A stretch of 62,837 nt of DNA, filler included, from Candidatus Tectimicrobiota bacterium (GCA_016193065.1; 6 parts of 6 records of this genome joined end to end with filler, not necessarily neighbours in it), one strand, 5' to 3'. Shown: positions 29,561 through 40,385, counted from the whole stretch's first letter. The notes: generated by a model not told the origin, from the letters alone. Numbers and translations are program-made.

Positions 29561-29638
29561 CCCGTCGTTGAACCCGCTGCGCGTTTGTGCTTGACTACAT
29601 AACTGAATGGGACCCGAACGAGGGCAAGAGGCTGCGTT

Positions 29639-30355
29639 ATGAGTACGGAAGACAAGGTACGGCTGCACCCGGGGTATGCGTTACAGGTGGCCGATTTGAT
29701 GGCTCCAGTGGAGATAGCGGAAGACTTCACGCTGGGCGATTTGTGCCGGATCATTGACCACTTCGAGGAAATGGACCGCGAGACCTTCTCCGCCTTACTC
29801 CAATGTCCTCTTGAACCGTTTCTGGAAGAATGTCTGCGGCCACGGGATGCTGGCACTGAGCCCGGGTCCGACTTGCACTATATTCGCCTGTTCTGGGAAT
29901 GCGAGTACGATCTGCGCACCGAGACCCGCTGGCCGCCCGTCACCTCCTTGTGGCTGCACGTCGACGGCGTCGGCGATATCTGGGAAGACCATCAACCGGG
30001 AGGACGCTTCTACGAGGAAGGGCGGGATTGTAGCCAGTGCAACCGCTATGCCGTCGAGATGACGCCCCTGTATGCCCTGCGCCACCTGCCTCTGCGGATC
30101 GATCCCGTCATGACGGTGCGACCGAGTCTTACCCTGGAGTCCCGCCACACGCCTCTGGACATTCCTGCTCCCGATGTGACCTTGCTGCAACTGATTCACG
30201 CCCTGTTTTGGGAGTTGTCGTTCTTCGGCACGCCGGAAGAGCGGGATGCCACGCGTGATGAACTGCGCCAACAGGTCAAACGGATCGACGCCGGTGAGGA
30301 ACGATTGATCCCATTGGAGGAGTTCCGGAAAAAATTGGACGAGGAGACATCTTGA
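29639..30355 (+). CDS. Hypothetical protein
   Basis: 238-aa ORF with coding-like composition; ATG embedded in GTTATG. Confidence 0.65.
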   Translation: MSTEDKVRLHPGYALQVADLMAPVEIAEDFTLGDLCRIIDHFEEMDRETFSALLQCPLEPFLEECLRPRDAGTEPGSDLHYIRLFWECEYDLRTETRWPPVTSLWLHVDGVGDIWEDHQPGGRFYEEGRDCSQCNRYAVEMTPLYALRHLPLRIDPVMTVRPSLTLESRHTPLDIPAPDVTLLQLIHALFWELSFFGTPEERDATRDELRQQVKRIDAGEERLIPLEEFRKKLDEETS

Positions 30356-30949
30356 GTGCTCAGCAGGTAGGTCCCGACTATTCCATGTTGGTGACCTCCC
30401 CGGTCAGTCTTCATGCATCCTCCGGGCCGACATGCCGTACCCAATCCTTGCAGGCAAAGGTTGGGACGGGGAAGAACACCCCCATCCTGACCTTCCCCAC
30501 ACGCCCAGAGGGTACCCGGGGGGAAGGAATTGAAGTGGATGCAAAGGTACATGATCCTGGCACGCCGAGCGATCCCGCAGTACCATAAGGGCTGTCTGGT
30601 TTCGAATCTCATGTGCGGAAGGACGACAAGGGCGGCCTATTTTGCTGCAGCCGGTGTGACGGTGGTGCCGCATGACGAGGCGCTGAGCTGGACGGCGCCC
30701 CAGCGGTCAGTTCCCTGGGCGAAATAGTATTGAAACAAACATATCTTAGCTACAGACTGCTCTTCCGGCCTTGACTCCGGGTTTTCTTTTGATCTACAGT
30801 AGTTGTGCTCTTAACTCCCGATGAAAATCGCCCACCGGAATTGGTCTGCTCCAGGAACCATCTGTTGTACTCTGGCGGTGCAGAGGTGGGAAGGGGTAGG
30901 GGGGGACGGAACAGGGGGGAAACCCGATCAGGCGAAAGGAGGCAGAAAA

Positions 30950-32063
30950 ATGATGAAGAAATGGATCGCGTTGCTGAGCCTCATGGTGCTGGCGGTGGTT
31001 GCGTCACCCGGCGGAGCCCAAGCGCAGGAGACTGTAAAGTTCGGATTTCTGGCGTCGTTGAGCGGGCCCTTCACGATCTGGGGGGTGCAGGTGCGGGACG
31101 GAATGAAGATGGCCGTGGACGAGTTGAACGAAAGGGGCGGCGTGCTCGGAAAGAAGGTTCAGCTGGTGGAGCGCGACGACAAAAACAACCCGAATGAGGG
31201 GATCACGGCGTTCCGGTACCTGGTCGAGCAGGAACGCGTCAGCGGCAGGGGGAATGATTTCGAGCGACGTGGGCCTGGCCGTCTCCCGGGAGGCGGAGTC
31301 CCTGAAGGTCCCTCACTTCCTGACCATGTCGGGCTCCCATGAAATCCTCAAGAAGAACAGCCGGTACACGTTCCGGACGTGTCTGCCGGCGGCGCCGGAG
31401 AACATGGAGGCCGTCGCCGCCCTGATCAAAGACAAGAAATACACCCGGGTCGGCGCCATCATCGCCGACTATGCCTGGGGGCATTCCCTCCGGGAAGCTC
31501 TCGAAAAGCACATCAAGCCCATGGCGGGCGTCAAGCTGCAGATCGAGGTGGCTCCGGTTCCCGAGAAGGACTTCACTCCCTACCTGAGAAAGCTCCAGGC
31601 TTTCGATCCACAGCTCATCGTTGCCACGGGTCACCCCCCGGGAAATCCCACGATCACCCGGCAGGCGATCGAGCTGGGGATGAAGGCCCAGGTCATCGGA
31701 TCCTGGTACCCCACGGAGTTCATGGTGCAAAGGGTGGGAGAGCTGATGTTTGGACGCTTCGTGGATTATTCCTGCGTCGACCTTGAAAGCCCGGCGTACA
31801 GGCAACTGGCGGAAAAGTTCCATGCGATCTACAAGCGCCTGTTCGACAACAACGCCTTCTCCGGCTACGTGATGGTCAAGATGGTGGCGGACGCGGCCCA
31901 GAAGGCCAAGTCCACCGACCCGAAGGTCGTGGCGGATGCCATCCGGAAGGGAAAGTTCACGCAGCCGGGCTACGGCTGGCCGCTCTCGTACACGGAGTGG
32001 GGGGAGATGAAGGAGGCCAGGCCGATCCTGTACACTTACGAGAAGGGAAACCCCGGGCCGATC
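30950..32063 (+). pseudogene. Liv-type ABC substrate-binding protein, frameshifted at about 31245 and cut by contig end
   Basis: Signal peptide and VKFGFLASLSGP...GGVLGKKVQLVERDD in one frame; GGMISSDV...YTFRT...DYAWG continues in another. Confidence 0.8.
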
Positions 32064-32163
32064 NNNNNNNNNNNNNNNNNNNNNNNNNNNNNNNNNNNNN
32101 NNNNNNNTTAATTAATTAANNNNNNNNNNNNNNNNNNNNNNNNNNNNNNNNNNNNNNNNNNNN
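32064..32163. other. Artificial contig spacer
   Basis: N-TTAATTAATTAA-N. Confidence 0.99.
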
Positions 32164-32559
32164 ATGCGGATGCATCCCTCGGGCAACTTGATCGTGGAGG
32201 GCCGGGTGAAGGATCTCATCAACCGGGGAGGCGAGAAGATCAGCGCCGAGGAGGTCGAAAACCTGATCCTGAGCCACCCCTGGGTGAAAAACGTCGCCTG
32301 CGTGGCCATCCCGGACCCGATCCTCGGCGCGCGGATGTGTGCGTGTGTCATGTTGGAGCCGGACAAAAGCCTGACGCTGGAGGAGATGTCGAATTTTCTG
32401 TTGCAACGGGGCATCGCCAAGTTCAAGTTGCCGGAGCGCCTGGAGGTCTTCGCAGAGCTACCCCTGGTTCCCGGATTTAACAAGGTGTCGAAGCGGGATT
32501 TGCGTGATCTGGTGAATCAAAAGCTCCAAGCTGAGCAACAGGCCGCTGGCGGCAAATAG
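32164..32559 (+). CDS. Aryl/acyl-CoA or AMP ligase, C-terminal part
   Basis: GRVKDLINRGGEKISAEEVE, PDPILG, KFKLPERL. Confidence 0.88.
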   Translation: MRMHPSGNLIVEGRVKDLINRGGEKISAEEVENLILSHPWVKNVACVAIPDPILGARMCACVMLEPDKSLTLEEMSNFLLQRGIAKFKLPERLEVFAELPLVPGFNKVSKRDLRDLVNQKLQAEQQAAGGK

Positions 32560-32679
32560 ATACTCCGCCAGGATCTGGAGGGAGCTATCCCCGTTTCCCT
32601 GACACGTTCTTAGGGTGTAGTGGGCGCCAGAGGACGGGGAGAGAATACACAATCATTACCCACGGAAGGAGGCCGCACC

Positions 32680-33918
32680 ATGCGTTCGTTCATCGCGACA
32701 GCGCTACGCTCGGGGATCCGGTCGGCGGTTTTCACCCTGTTCGTCGCCGGATTGATTCTGGTCAGCGGTGTGGCGGTTGCCCAAGAGGCCAAGCCGTTTA
32801 AGATCGGAGTTCTGGCGCCGCTGACGGGCCCGCAGACTCAACTCGGCCAGAACCTCGTCGCCGGGGTTCGCTTTTTCTTCCAGCAGCGCCCTGCTATCGC
32901 CGGGCGTTCGGTCCAGCTTGTGGTGGAGGACACCGTTTCCCAGCCGGGACAAGGATTATCCAAGGCCCGAAAGCTCCTGGATCTCGATCGGGTGGACATC
33001 GTGATGGGAATTGTAAACAGTGCCGTCCTGGACGCGGTGCAGGGCATGATCCTGGGACGGCGTGTGCCGCTCATCGTGACGAACGCCGGCTCCGACGGCT
33101 TTACGAAGGGCAGCGTGAACCGCTATGCCTTCCGCGTCTCCCACACCAACTCCCAGAACAACCTCGCGTTAGGGTGGTACGCCTACGAAAAGCTCGGGTA
33201 CCGGAGGGCCGCCGTCCTCACCTATGACTTCATCGCGGGGGTCGAGCACGCGGGCGGCTTCAAGAAGACCTTCACGGAGATGGGCGGCACCATCACGCAG
33301 GAAGTGAAGGCGCCCCTGGGCACGAGTGATTTCGGCCCTTATATTTCTCAGATCCGAACGGGTGAGATCGATGTCCTCTACGTCTTCCTGGCCGGGGCCG
33401 ACGCGATCCGCTTCATGCAACAGGCGGACAGCTTCGGGTTGAAGAATCGCACCAAGATCATCGGACCCGGTTTTGTTGCCGATGATCTGATCCTGGCGGC
33501 CCAACGGGATGCCGCGGTGGGTGTGGTGACGGCGATCCAGTATGTGAACACCATCGATACTCCGGAGAACCGGGAGTTCACCGCTGCCTATCGCAAGGCC
33601 ACCGGCCAGGAGGCAAACCTCTACGCGGAAGATGCCTATACCGCGTGCGAAGCCGTGGCGAAAGCTCTGGAAGAAGTCCGCGGGGATACAAGTGACATAT
33701 CCCGCTTCGTGAACGCCCTCGAAAGCGTCAAGTTCACCTCACCGCGCGGGCCGTTCCGCTTCGATAAGAATCACCAGGCTGTCTTCACGGTCTACGTCGC
33801 GCGGGTCACGAAGATCGGGACTCAATACCGGAACACGATCATCGACCAGATTCCGGATGTGGGTCAGGACTGGTCGCCTGCCTCTCGCCCGCAACCCTCC
33901 CGTCCACAGGGTCGATAG
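32680..33918 (+). CDS. Liv-type ABC substrate-binding protein (possibly for aromatic acids)
   Basis: Signal peptide, KIGVLAPLTGP, DFGPYISQI, SPRGPFRFD. Confidence 0.88.
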   Translation: MRSFIATALRSGIRSAVFTLFVAGLILVSGVAVAQEAKPFKIGVLAPLTGPQTQLGQNLVAGVRFFFQQRPAIAGRSVQLVVEDTVSQPGQGLSKARKLLDLDRVDIVMGIVNSAVLDAVQGMILGRRVPLIVTNAGSDGFTKGSVNRYAFRVSHTNSQNNLALGWYAYEKLGYRRAAVLTYDFIAGVEHAGGFKKTFTEMGGTITQEVKAPLGTSDFGPYISQIRTGEIDVLYVFLAGADAIRFMQQADSFGLKNRTKIIGPGFVADDLILAAQRDAAVGVVTAIQYVNTIDTPENREFTAAYRKATGQEANLYAEDAYTACEAVAKALEEVRGDTSDISRFVNALESVKFTSPRGPFRFDKNHQAVFTVYVARVTKIGTQYRNTIIDQIPDVGQDWSPASRPQPSRPQGR

Positions 33919-33924
33919 GCGCAG

Positions 33925-34806
33925 ATGGGAGGAGGAGCGGCTTCCCAGCTCGTTGCACAGATTCTCAACGGCCTCTCCTTCGGCATGCTCCTCTTCCTGG
34001 TGTCGAGCGGCCTGACGGTCATCTTCGGGTTGATGCGGGTGCTGAGCCTTGTCCATGGATCGCTCTATCTGTTCGGCGGCTACCTGGCCTTCACGGTGCA
34101 GCGCGCCACCGGGAAATTCCACCTGGCGTTGATCGTCGCCGTGCTGGGCTGCAGCCTGCTCGCCTGGGTCATCGAGCGTCTCTTGCATCGCCAGCTCTAC
34201 GTGGGGCTGCAACTGAACCAGGTGCTGCTCACCATGGGGCTGGCGTTTGTCATCGGCGATTTCGTCCTCTGGTATTGGGGAGGAAACCCCCAGACCGTGA
34301 CCCCTCCTGAGATCCTGCGGGGCTCTCTATCCCTGGGCTTTGGGATCGTCTATCCGCGGTATCGTCTGCTGATCATCGGGATCGGGCTGGCAATTGCCGC
34401 CTTGTTTCATCTGGTCTGGGATCGCACCCGCCTGGGGGCCATTCTGCGGGCCGGTGTGGACGACGCGGAGATGCTGCGCGGTCTGGGGGTGCGAATCGGC
34501 ATCGTGTTCACTGCGGTCTTTGCCGGCGGAGGCGCTCTGGCCGCCTTCGCGGGGACGCTGGGCGGGCCGTTTCTGGGGGTCTATCCCGGGCTGGATTTCG
34601 AGGTGATCCTGCTCTCCGTTGTGATCGTGGTCGTGGGAGGGGTGGGAAGCCTGACGGGTGCGTTTCTAGGGAGCATCGTGATCGGGCTGCTGGACGCCTT
34701 CAGCAAGGCGTACTTCCCCGTCTTCTCTTACTTTGCCATGTTTGGACCCATGATCCTCATCCTGGCCTTCAAACCCACCGGACTATTTGGGGCGGATCGG
34801 ACGTGA
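33925..34806 (+). CDS. ABC permease, LivH-like
   Basis: QILNGL, GLTVIFG, RTRLGAILRA, VVGGVGSL. Confidence 0.9.
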   Translation: MGGGAASQLVAQILNGLSFGMLLFLVSSGLTVIFGLMRVLSLVHGSLYLFGGYLAFTVQRATGKFHLALIVAVLGCSLLAWVIERLLHRQLYVGLQLNQVLLTMGLAFVIGDFVLWYWGGNPQTVTPPEILRGSLSLGFGIVYPRYRLLIIGIGLAIAALFHLVWDRTRLGAILRAGVDDAEMLRGLGVRIGIVFTAVFAGGGALAAFAGTLGGPFLGVYPGLDFEVILLSVVIVVVGGVGSLTGAFLGSIVIGLLDAFSKAYFPVFSYFAMFGPMILILAFKPTGLFGADRT

Positions 34807-35747
34807 GCCGCCGTTATTGGATCCCCGCAGTCGGTCTCGGGCTGCTCTTCTTGTCGGCTGTCCCTACTCTCTTGCCTCGGTACGCGATCGATCTCATTGC
34901 CCAGGGGATGATTTTTGCCATCGTGGGGATGGGCCTCGACATCCTGGTCGGGTACCTCGGATTGCCGTCGCTCGGTCATGCGGCCTTCTTCGGTCTGGCT
35001 TCTTACGGACTCGCGATACCCGTGACCCGGTTAGGGTGGGCGCCGTGGGCGGGTGCCGGCGTTGGGCTCCTGACGGCGGCGGTCGCGGCTGCCCTGTTCG
35101 GCTTGCTTGCCGTCCGCTGCCGCGGGGTTTATTTCTTGGTATCTACCCTGGCCTTCGGCCAGGTACTCTGGGGGGGCGCCGTCAAGTGGACTTCCGTTTC
35201 TGGAGGATACAACGGGATCCCGGGCATCCCTCGCCCGTCTCTTTTCGGCTGGAGCCTCTGGGAGCCAGACGCGTTTTATTATTTCGTTTATGCTGTGTTT
35301 GTCGTGGTCGCGGCCATGCTTGTCCTCTTCGTCCTGTCGCCCGTCGGTAAGATCCTGACGGGGATCCGAGAAAGCGAATCCCGGATGCGGGTTCTCGGCT
35401 ACCGCAACCAGCTTTACCGCTATATGGCCTTTTCTCTATCCGCATTCGTCACGGGGATCGCCGGGATTTTGATGGCATACTTCAACACCTTCGTCGGACC
35501 CGACAGCCTCCACTGGAGTCTGTCCGCCCAAACGCTGCTCATGGTGATCCTGGGAGGGGCGGGAACTTTGCTCGGTCCTGCTGGAGCGGGCATTCTGCTC
35601 GTGGTGGCCCAGAACCTCATCAGCAACGTTACGGAGCGTTGGACCATGGTGTTGGGACTTCTCTATGTCGCGACCATGTTGTTCGCGCCGAGGGGGGTGC
35701 TTGTACTGCTCCGAGGGCTGCTGGCCCAGCGCCGGCCGTCCAGTTGA
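34803..35747 (+). CDS. ABC permease, LivM-like
   Basis: SLGHAAFFG, GIRESESR, VILGGAGTLLGP. Confidence 0.9.
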   Translation: MSRRYWIPAVGLGLLFLSAVPTLLPRYAIDLIAQGMIFAIVGMGLDILVGYLGLPSLGHAAFFGLASYGLAIPVTRLGWAPWAGAGVGLLTAAVAAALFGLLAVRCRGVYFLVSTLAFGQVLWGGAVKWTSVSGGYNGIPGIPRPSLFGWSLWEPDAFYYFVYAVFVVVAAMLVLFVLSPVGKILTGIRESESRMRVLGYRNQLYRYMAFSLSAFVTGIAGILMAYFNTFVGPDSLHWSLSAQTLLMVILGGAGTLLGPAGAGILLVVAQNLISNVTERWTMVLGLLYVATMLFAPRGVLVLLRGLLAQRRPSS

Positions 35748-35784
35748 GCAGGATGCCCGCTCATCAACGCCGATCGGGGGAAGC

Positions 35785-36525
35785 ATGACCGCGCTGTCCG
35801 TCGAGCAGATCTCCTGCCATTACGGCGGGCTGAAGGCTTTGGATAGCGTTTCGTTCAGCGTGGCTGAAGGCGCGAGACATGTCATCCTCGGGCCCAATGG
35901 CGCCGGCAAGACAACGCTCTTCGACGTCATCACCGGTGAGAAGTCCCCGTCGTCGGGACGAATCATGCTGTTCGGCCGCGATGTGACAGGGCTCAGGTCG
36001 GACCGGCGGGCCTGGCTTGGCCTGGCACGGACCTTTCAGATCACCAACTTGTTTTGGGACCTGACGGTCGAGGAGAACGTCCTGCTGGCCTGTCTCGCAC
36101 AAGAACAATCACGTCGGGTCTTCTATCGCCCGGCAGGCTCCTTCCCTGATCTGGTGGCAAAGACTCGATCTTTACTCGAGGAGTTTGGCCTGGGGAAGCT
36201 GGCGAAGGTGAAGGTTCGTTCCACTTCTTATGGCGAGCAGCGACAACTGGAGATCGTGATCGCCCTGGCTACGCAGGCCAGGCTGATACTCCTGGATGAA
36301 CCCACCGCCGGTCTTTCCGGGGAAGCAACGAAACTTGTGACCCGTCTGACCGGGAATCTTCCCGCTACGATCACGGTGCTGCTGGTGGAGCACGACTTGG
36401 ATGTTGCTTTCCAGGTGAGCCAGACGGCGACCGTGCTTCATCAGGGGAAGCTGATCGCGCACGGACCCATCGAGGAAGTGCGCGCGAACCCAACGGTGCG
36501 GCAGATCTACCTGGGGAGAAGATAG
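35785..36525 (+). CDS. ABC ATPase, LivG-like
   Basis: GPNGAGKT, RTFQ, LLDEPTAG, VEHD. Confidence 0.92.
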   Translation: MTALSVEQISCHYGGLKALDSVSFSVAEGARHVILGPNGAGKTTLFDVITGEKSPSSGRIMLFGRDVTGLRSDRRAWLGLARTFQITNLFWDLTVEENVLLACLAQEQSRRVFYRPAGSFPDLVAKTRSLLEEFGLGKLAKVKVRSTSYGEQRQLEIVIALATQARLILLDEPTAGLSGEATKLVTRLTGNLPATITVLLVEHDLDVAFQVSQTATVLHQGKLIAHGPIEEVRANPTVRQIYLGRR

Positions 36526-36549
36526 GCGGGCTGCGGAGGGTACAGAGTA

Positions 36550-37257
36550 ATGGCAGCCGTTCAGTTGGTCCTTCAAGCGCAGGATGTCCATACGTACTAC
36601 GGTCATAGCCATGTCCTGCAGGGCGTTTCCCTCCAAATTCTCGAAGGTCAGATCGTCGCATTACTCGGGCGTAATGGGGTCGGCAAAACCACGTTTGTCC
36701 GGTCTGTTATCGGATTTACCCCGCCCTTGCGCGGCCGGATTTCGCTCTTCGGGCGGGATGTCACCCGGTTGTCCCCCGAGCGGCGAGCCCGCCTGGGCCT
36801 GGGGCTCATTCCGCAGGGACGGCGAGTTTTTCGAAGCCTTACCGTAGAGGAGAACATCGAGGTCGCAGCACGAGGCGAGGGGGGCACTTCCCTGCAGGAT
36901 CTCATGGAGATTTTCCCAAACCTGAATGAACGGCTCCGCGTGAGGGCGGGAAAGTTGAGTGGCGGAGAGCAGCAGATGGTCGCTATTGCACGGGGCTTGC
37001 GGACCACGCCGCGCTTGCTTCTCATGGATGAGCCTTCCGAAGGCCTCGCACCCTTGTTGGTCCAGAAGCTGACGGAGCTGATCCGCCAGATCCGGGCCGA
37101 CGGCGTCTCCATCCTTTTGGTTGAGCAAAACCTTCCGTTGGCCCTGGAGGTGGCCGATTTCGTCTACATTATGGAGCGAGGACGCGTGGTGTATCAGGGG
37201 CTTCCGGAACAACTGGCCAGGGACCTGCAGGCGCAATCGGCGTTCCTGGGAATCTAA
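36550..37257 (+). CDS. ABC ATPase, LivF-like
   Basis: GRNGVGKT, LSGGEQQM, MDEPSEGLAP, VEQN. Confidence 0.93.
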   Translation: MAAVQLVLQAQDVHTYYGHSHVLQGVSLQILEGQIVALLGRNGVGKTTFVRSVIGFTPPLRGRISLFGRDVTRLSPERRARLGLGLIPQGRRVFRSLTVEENIEVAARGEGGTSLQDLMEIFPNLNERLRVRAGKLSGGEQQMVAIARGLRTTPRLLLMDEPSEGLAPLLVQKLTELIRQIRADGVSILLVEQNLPLALEVADFVYIMERGRVVYQGLPEQLARDLQAQSAFLGI

Positions 37258-37604
37258 CAGGCTTACTGAGAAGGCGGGGTTTCGCCCCGAGGTTCGCGCC
37301 AAGATCCTCAAAGAAAATGCGCGAAGGGGGAGAAATCGTGAAGATGCAGAGTAAAGGTCGTTGGCCGGAGTCCCGCTCCCAAATGGTCAGAATGAATCCC
37401 AAAGCACCATATCGACCCTGCTGTTCGCAATACCTCTGTTTTTCCTCAATTTAGAGCATGCGACCTATGAAAATGATATGCCTGTCTTATTCCACCTTCG
37501 CCCGAATCCCCGTAAATTTTAACGCATAAGAGGGGGAGCTCCAGAGCTAGGGATCGAGCAGCAGAAGGATCGCACACGTGACCCGGGGGCAAGAGAGCGG
37601 TGAT

Positions 37605-38045
37605 ATGCAAGGACCAGATCGGGAGAATTTCCTAGAAAGCATTCTTCGCATCGGGCAGGAAGAACGCCAGGGGGTCTTTGCCGTAGACCGCAAGGACCGC
37701 ATCGTCCTGTGTAATGCGATGGCTGCCACCCTCATCGGTGCCAAGCCGGAGGATGTGATCGGCAAGCACTGCTACGAGGTGTTTCTCGGGCAGGACCGAT
37801 TTCATAATCTCTTCTGTTATGCCCACTGCCGGCTGTGGGCCCTGGTTCGGGAGGGCTACCCAGTCCACCCATTCCTTTTTGTCCTCAAGCGGCCGGACGG
37901 CCGGATGGTATGGACCAAGACGCGGATCTTCATGGCCTCTGCCCGGGAGGGGGATGAGCAGCTCATGGTTCATATCCTGCGGGTTATCCCTTACCCCGCC
38001 CGGGCCGGGCGGCGCAAGGGCCCTCTACTCGCAAGACCTAAATAA
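37605..38045 (+). CDS. Stand-alone PAS-domain protein
   Basis: GVFAVD..DRIVLCN, EDVIGKHCYEVF, RPDGRMVW. Confidence 0.75.
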   Translation: MQGPDRENFLESILRIGQEERQGVFAVDRKDRIVLCNAMAATLIGAKPEDVIGKHCYEVFLGQDRFHNLFCYAHCRLWALVREGYPVHPFLFVLKRPDGRMVWTKTRIFMASAREGDEQLMVHILRVIPYPARAGRRKGPLLARPK

Positions 38046-38064
38046 TTAAGGAAGGCGACTGTCT

Positions 38065-38931
38065 ATGTTCCCAATACGTTCTCGTAAGGAGATTGCGCCA
38101 AAAACGGTCCTCCTGCACGTGGAGGCTCCCCTGGTGGCCAGGAAAGTCGAGCCCGGTCAGTTTGTTATCGTGCGTGTCAATGAAGAAGGGGAGAGGATTC
38201 CCCTGTCGATCTCCGGTTGGGATCGCCGGGCGGGTACGATTCGCTTGGTGGTCCAGGGGGTGGGACGGACCAGCTACGAGATTCTGGATCTCCAGGAAGG
38301 CCAGGGGTTTCAGGATGTGGTGGGCCCTTTGGGGAAACCAACGGAAATCAAGTTTTACGGTACCTGCGTCCTCATCGGTGGAGGATACGGGGGCGGGGCC
38401 ATCATCCCTATGGCTGAGCGCTTGAAAGAGTTGGGCAACACGGTCATCGGAATCTTGGGAGCCCGCTCCTCCGAGCTTCTGATCATGGCGGAGGAGCTGA
38501 GCCAGGCTTGCCATCAGTTGCACATTTCCACCAACGACGGCAGCCGCGGGGTCAAGGGAATGGTCACGGACGTCCTCTCGGAGCTTCTGAAGTCCCAGGC
38601 TGTGAACTACGTGGTGGGGGTGGGCCCGATTCCCATGATGGCCGCCATTGCCGAGATGACCCGGCCCTTTCGAATTCGAACCCACGTAAGCTTGAATGCC
38701 CTGATGATGGACGGCATCGGGATGTGCGGAGCTTGCCGGGTTACTGTGGGGGGGAAAAGTTACTTTGCCTGCGTGGATGGTCCCGAGTTCGACGGCCATC
38801 AGGTCGATTTTGACGAGATTGCCCAGCGCCTCACGATCTATCGTGAGGAGGAGAAGATCGCCGCGGACCTCTACCTGCAGAGAAAGGAAACCGCGTGTCG
38901 AAGCCTAAGCTCAGTAACAAAGAGCGCATGA
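38065..38931 (+). CDS. nfnA: NfnA / sulfide-dihydroorotate dehydrogenase-like FAD/NAD subunit
   Basis: PGQFVIVR, GERIPL, GPLG, GPIPMM, DGIGMCGACRV, CVDGPEFD. Confidence 0.88.
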   Translation: MFPIRSRKEIAPKTVLLHVEAPLVARKVEPGQFVIVRVNEEGERIPLSISGWDRRAGTIRLVVQGVGRTSYEILDLQEGQGFQDVVGPLGKPTEIKFYGTCVLIGGGYGGGAIIPMAERLKELGNTVIGILGARSSELLIMAEELSQACHQLHISTNDGSRGVKGMVTDVLSELLKSQAVNYVVGVGPIPMMAAIAEMTRPFRIRTHVSLNALMMDGIGMCGACRVTVGGKSYFACVDGPEFDGHQVDFDEIAQRLTIYREEEKIAADLYLQRKETACRSLSSVTKSA

Positions 38932-40385
38932 AAATTCCCCGGCAGCCGATGCCGGAGAGAGACCCCGCGGAGAGGGCGCGCACGTTTGAAGAGGTTCCCC
39001 TGGGTTTTTCCGAAGAAACCGCGGTTCTGGAAGCCAGCCGCTGCATTCATTGTCCCCACAACGACTGCGTGGAAGGCTGTCCGGTGGGAATCGATATCCC
39101 CGCTTTTCTCCGTCTCATTGAAGAAGGTGACTTTCTAGGCGCGGCTCAAAAAATCCGGGAAAAAAACGTGCTCCCCGCGATTTGCGGCCGGGTCTGTCCC
39201 CAGGAGCAGCAGTGCGAGAAAGCCTGCATATTGGCTCTAACTAAGAAGCCAAGCCCCGTGTCCATCGGGAGGCTGGAGCGGTTTGTGGCCGATTACGAGC
39301 GGCGCTCGGGAAAAATAGAGGTCCCCGAGGTCCCCCCGCCCACGGGATTCCGGGTCGCCGTGGTCGGATCGGGCCCGGCGGGTCTCACGGCGGCCAGCGA
39401 GCTGGCCCGCTTGGGTCACAAGGTGACGATCTTCGAGGCCCTTCACCGGCCCGGGGGGGTGCTGTTTTACGGCATTCCCCGGTTTCGTCTCCCCGGGGAG
39501 GTGATCTCGGCCGAAATTGAGAGTCTCAAGAAGATGGGCGTTGAGATCGTGTGCGATGCGGTGGTGGGGAAGTTTGCCACGATTTCCGAATTGTTTGACC
39601 TGGGATATGATGCGGTCATGATCGGCACCGGGGCGGGACTCCCCTGGTTTCTGGGGATTCCAGGTGAAAATCTGCTCGGAGTCTTCTCGGCCAATGAATT
39701 TCTCACCCGGGTAAACCTGATGCGGGCGGATCGCTTCCCCAACTCCATCACCCCGGTGCGGGTAGGCAAGCGAGTAGCCGTCATTGGAGCCGGCGATACG
39801 GCCATGGATGCGGCCCGCACGGCTCTGAGGCTGCGGCCGGAGAGCGTGACCATTTACTACCGGCGCTCCCGGGCCGAGGCTCCCTGCCGGGTGGAAGAGC
39901 TCGCTCACGCGGAGGCCGAGGGAGTCAAGTTCGAGTTTCTCACGAACCCCTTGCGCTTTATCGGGGACGAGGATTATCGGTTGGTGGCTATCGAGTGCCA
40001 GCGCATGGAGCTCGGCGAGCCCGACAAGTCAGGCCGGCGGCGCCCCGTCCCCACCCCTGACTCGAATTTTACGGTGCCCATCGATTCGGCCATCTTTGCC
40101 TTGGGCTTCGGGGTGAACCCACTGATTCGCCAGAGTGCCCCTGAACTGGAAGTCGACGATCGCGGAGTCTTGAAGATTGATCCCGAGAAGGGGATGACCT
40201 CTATGCTGGGAGTTTTTGCCGCTGGCGACATCGTCACCGGTGGGGCCACGGTCATCCTGGCCATGGGCCAGGCGAAGAAGGCGGCGGCCGGAATTCACCG
40301 CTATTTGATGGAGAAAAAATTAGAGGGTTCCCCTCTGGAAGCAGGCGCCTCACAGGTCTCGGGCGCTTCGGAAAACAGGGGCTAA
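38895..40385 (+). CDS. nfnB: NfnB / GltD-like NADPH oxidoreductase
   Basis: RCIHC...CVEGCPV, CGRVCPQEQQCE, GSGPAG, GDTAMD, AGDIVTG; overlaps nfnA. Confidence 0.88.
   Translation: MSKPKLSNKERMKIPRQPMPERDPAERARTFEEVPLGFSEETAVLEASRCIHCPHNDCVEGCPVGIDIPAFLRLIEEGDFLGAAQKIREKNVLPAICGRVCPQEQQCEKACILALTKKPSPVSIGRLERFVADYERRSGKIEVPEVPPPTGFRVAVVGSGPAGLTAASELARLGHKVTIFEALHRPGGVLFYGIPRFRLPGEVISAEIESLKKMGVEIVCDAVVGKFATISELFDLGYDAVMIGTGAGLPWFLGIPGENLLGVFSANEFLTRVNLMRADRFPNSITPVRVGKRVAVIGAGDTAMDAARTALRLRPESVTIYYRRSRAEAPCRVEELAHAEAEGVKFEFLTNPLRFIGDEDYRLVAIECQRMELGEPDKSGRRRPVPTPDSNFTVPIDSAIFALGFGVNPLIRQSAPELEVDDRGVLKIDPEKGMTSMLGVFAAGDIVTGGATVILAMGQAKKAAAGIHRYLMEKKLEGSPLEAGASQVSGASENRG

Noticed and set aside
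30352-30727. Short ORFs after the hypothetical gene
   Set aside because: They overlap a REP-like repeat and show no RBS or motif support.
38895-40385. Glutamate synthase small subunit gltD
   Set aside because: No gltB nearby, and it overlaps an NfnA-type gene, so NfnB fits better.
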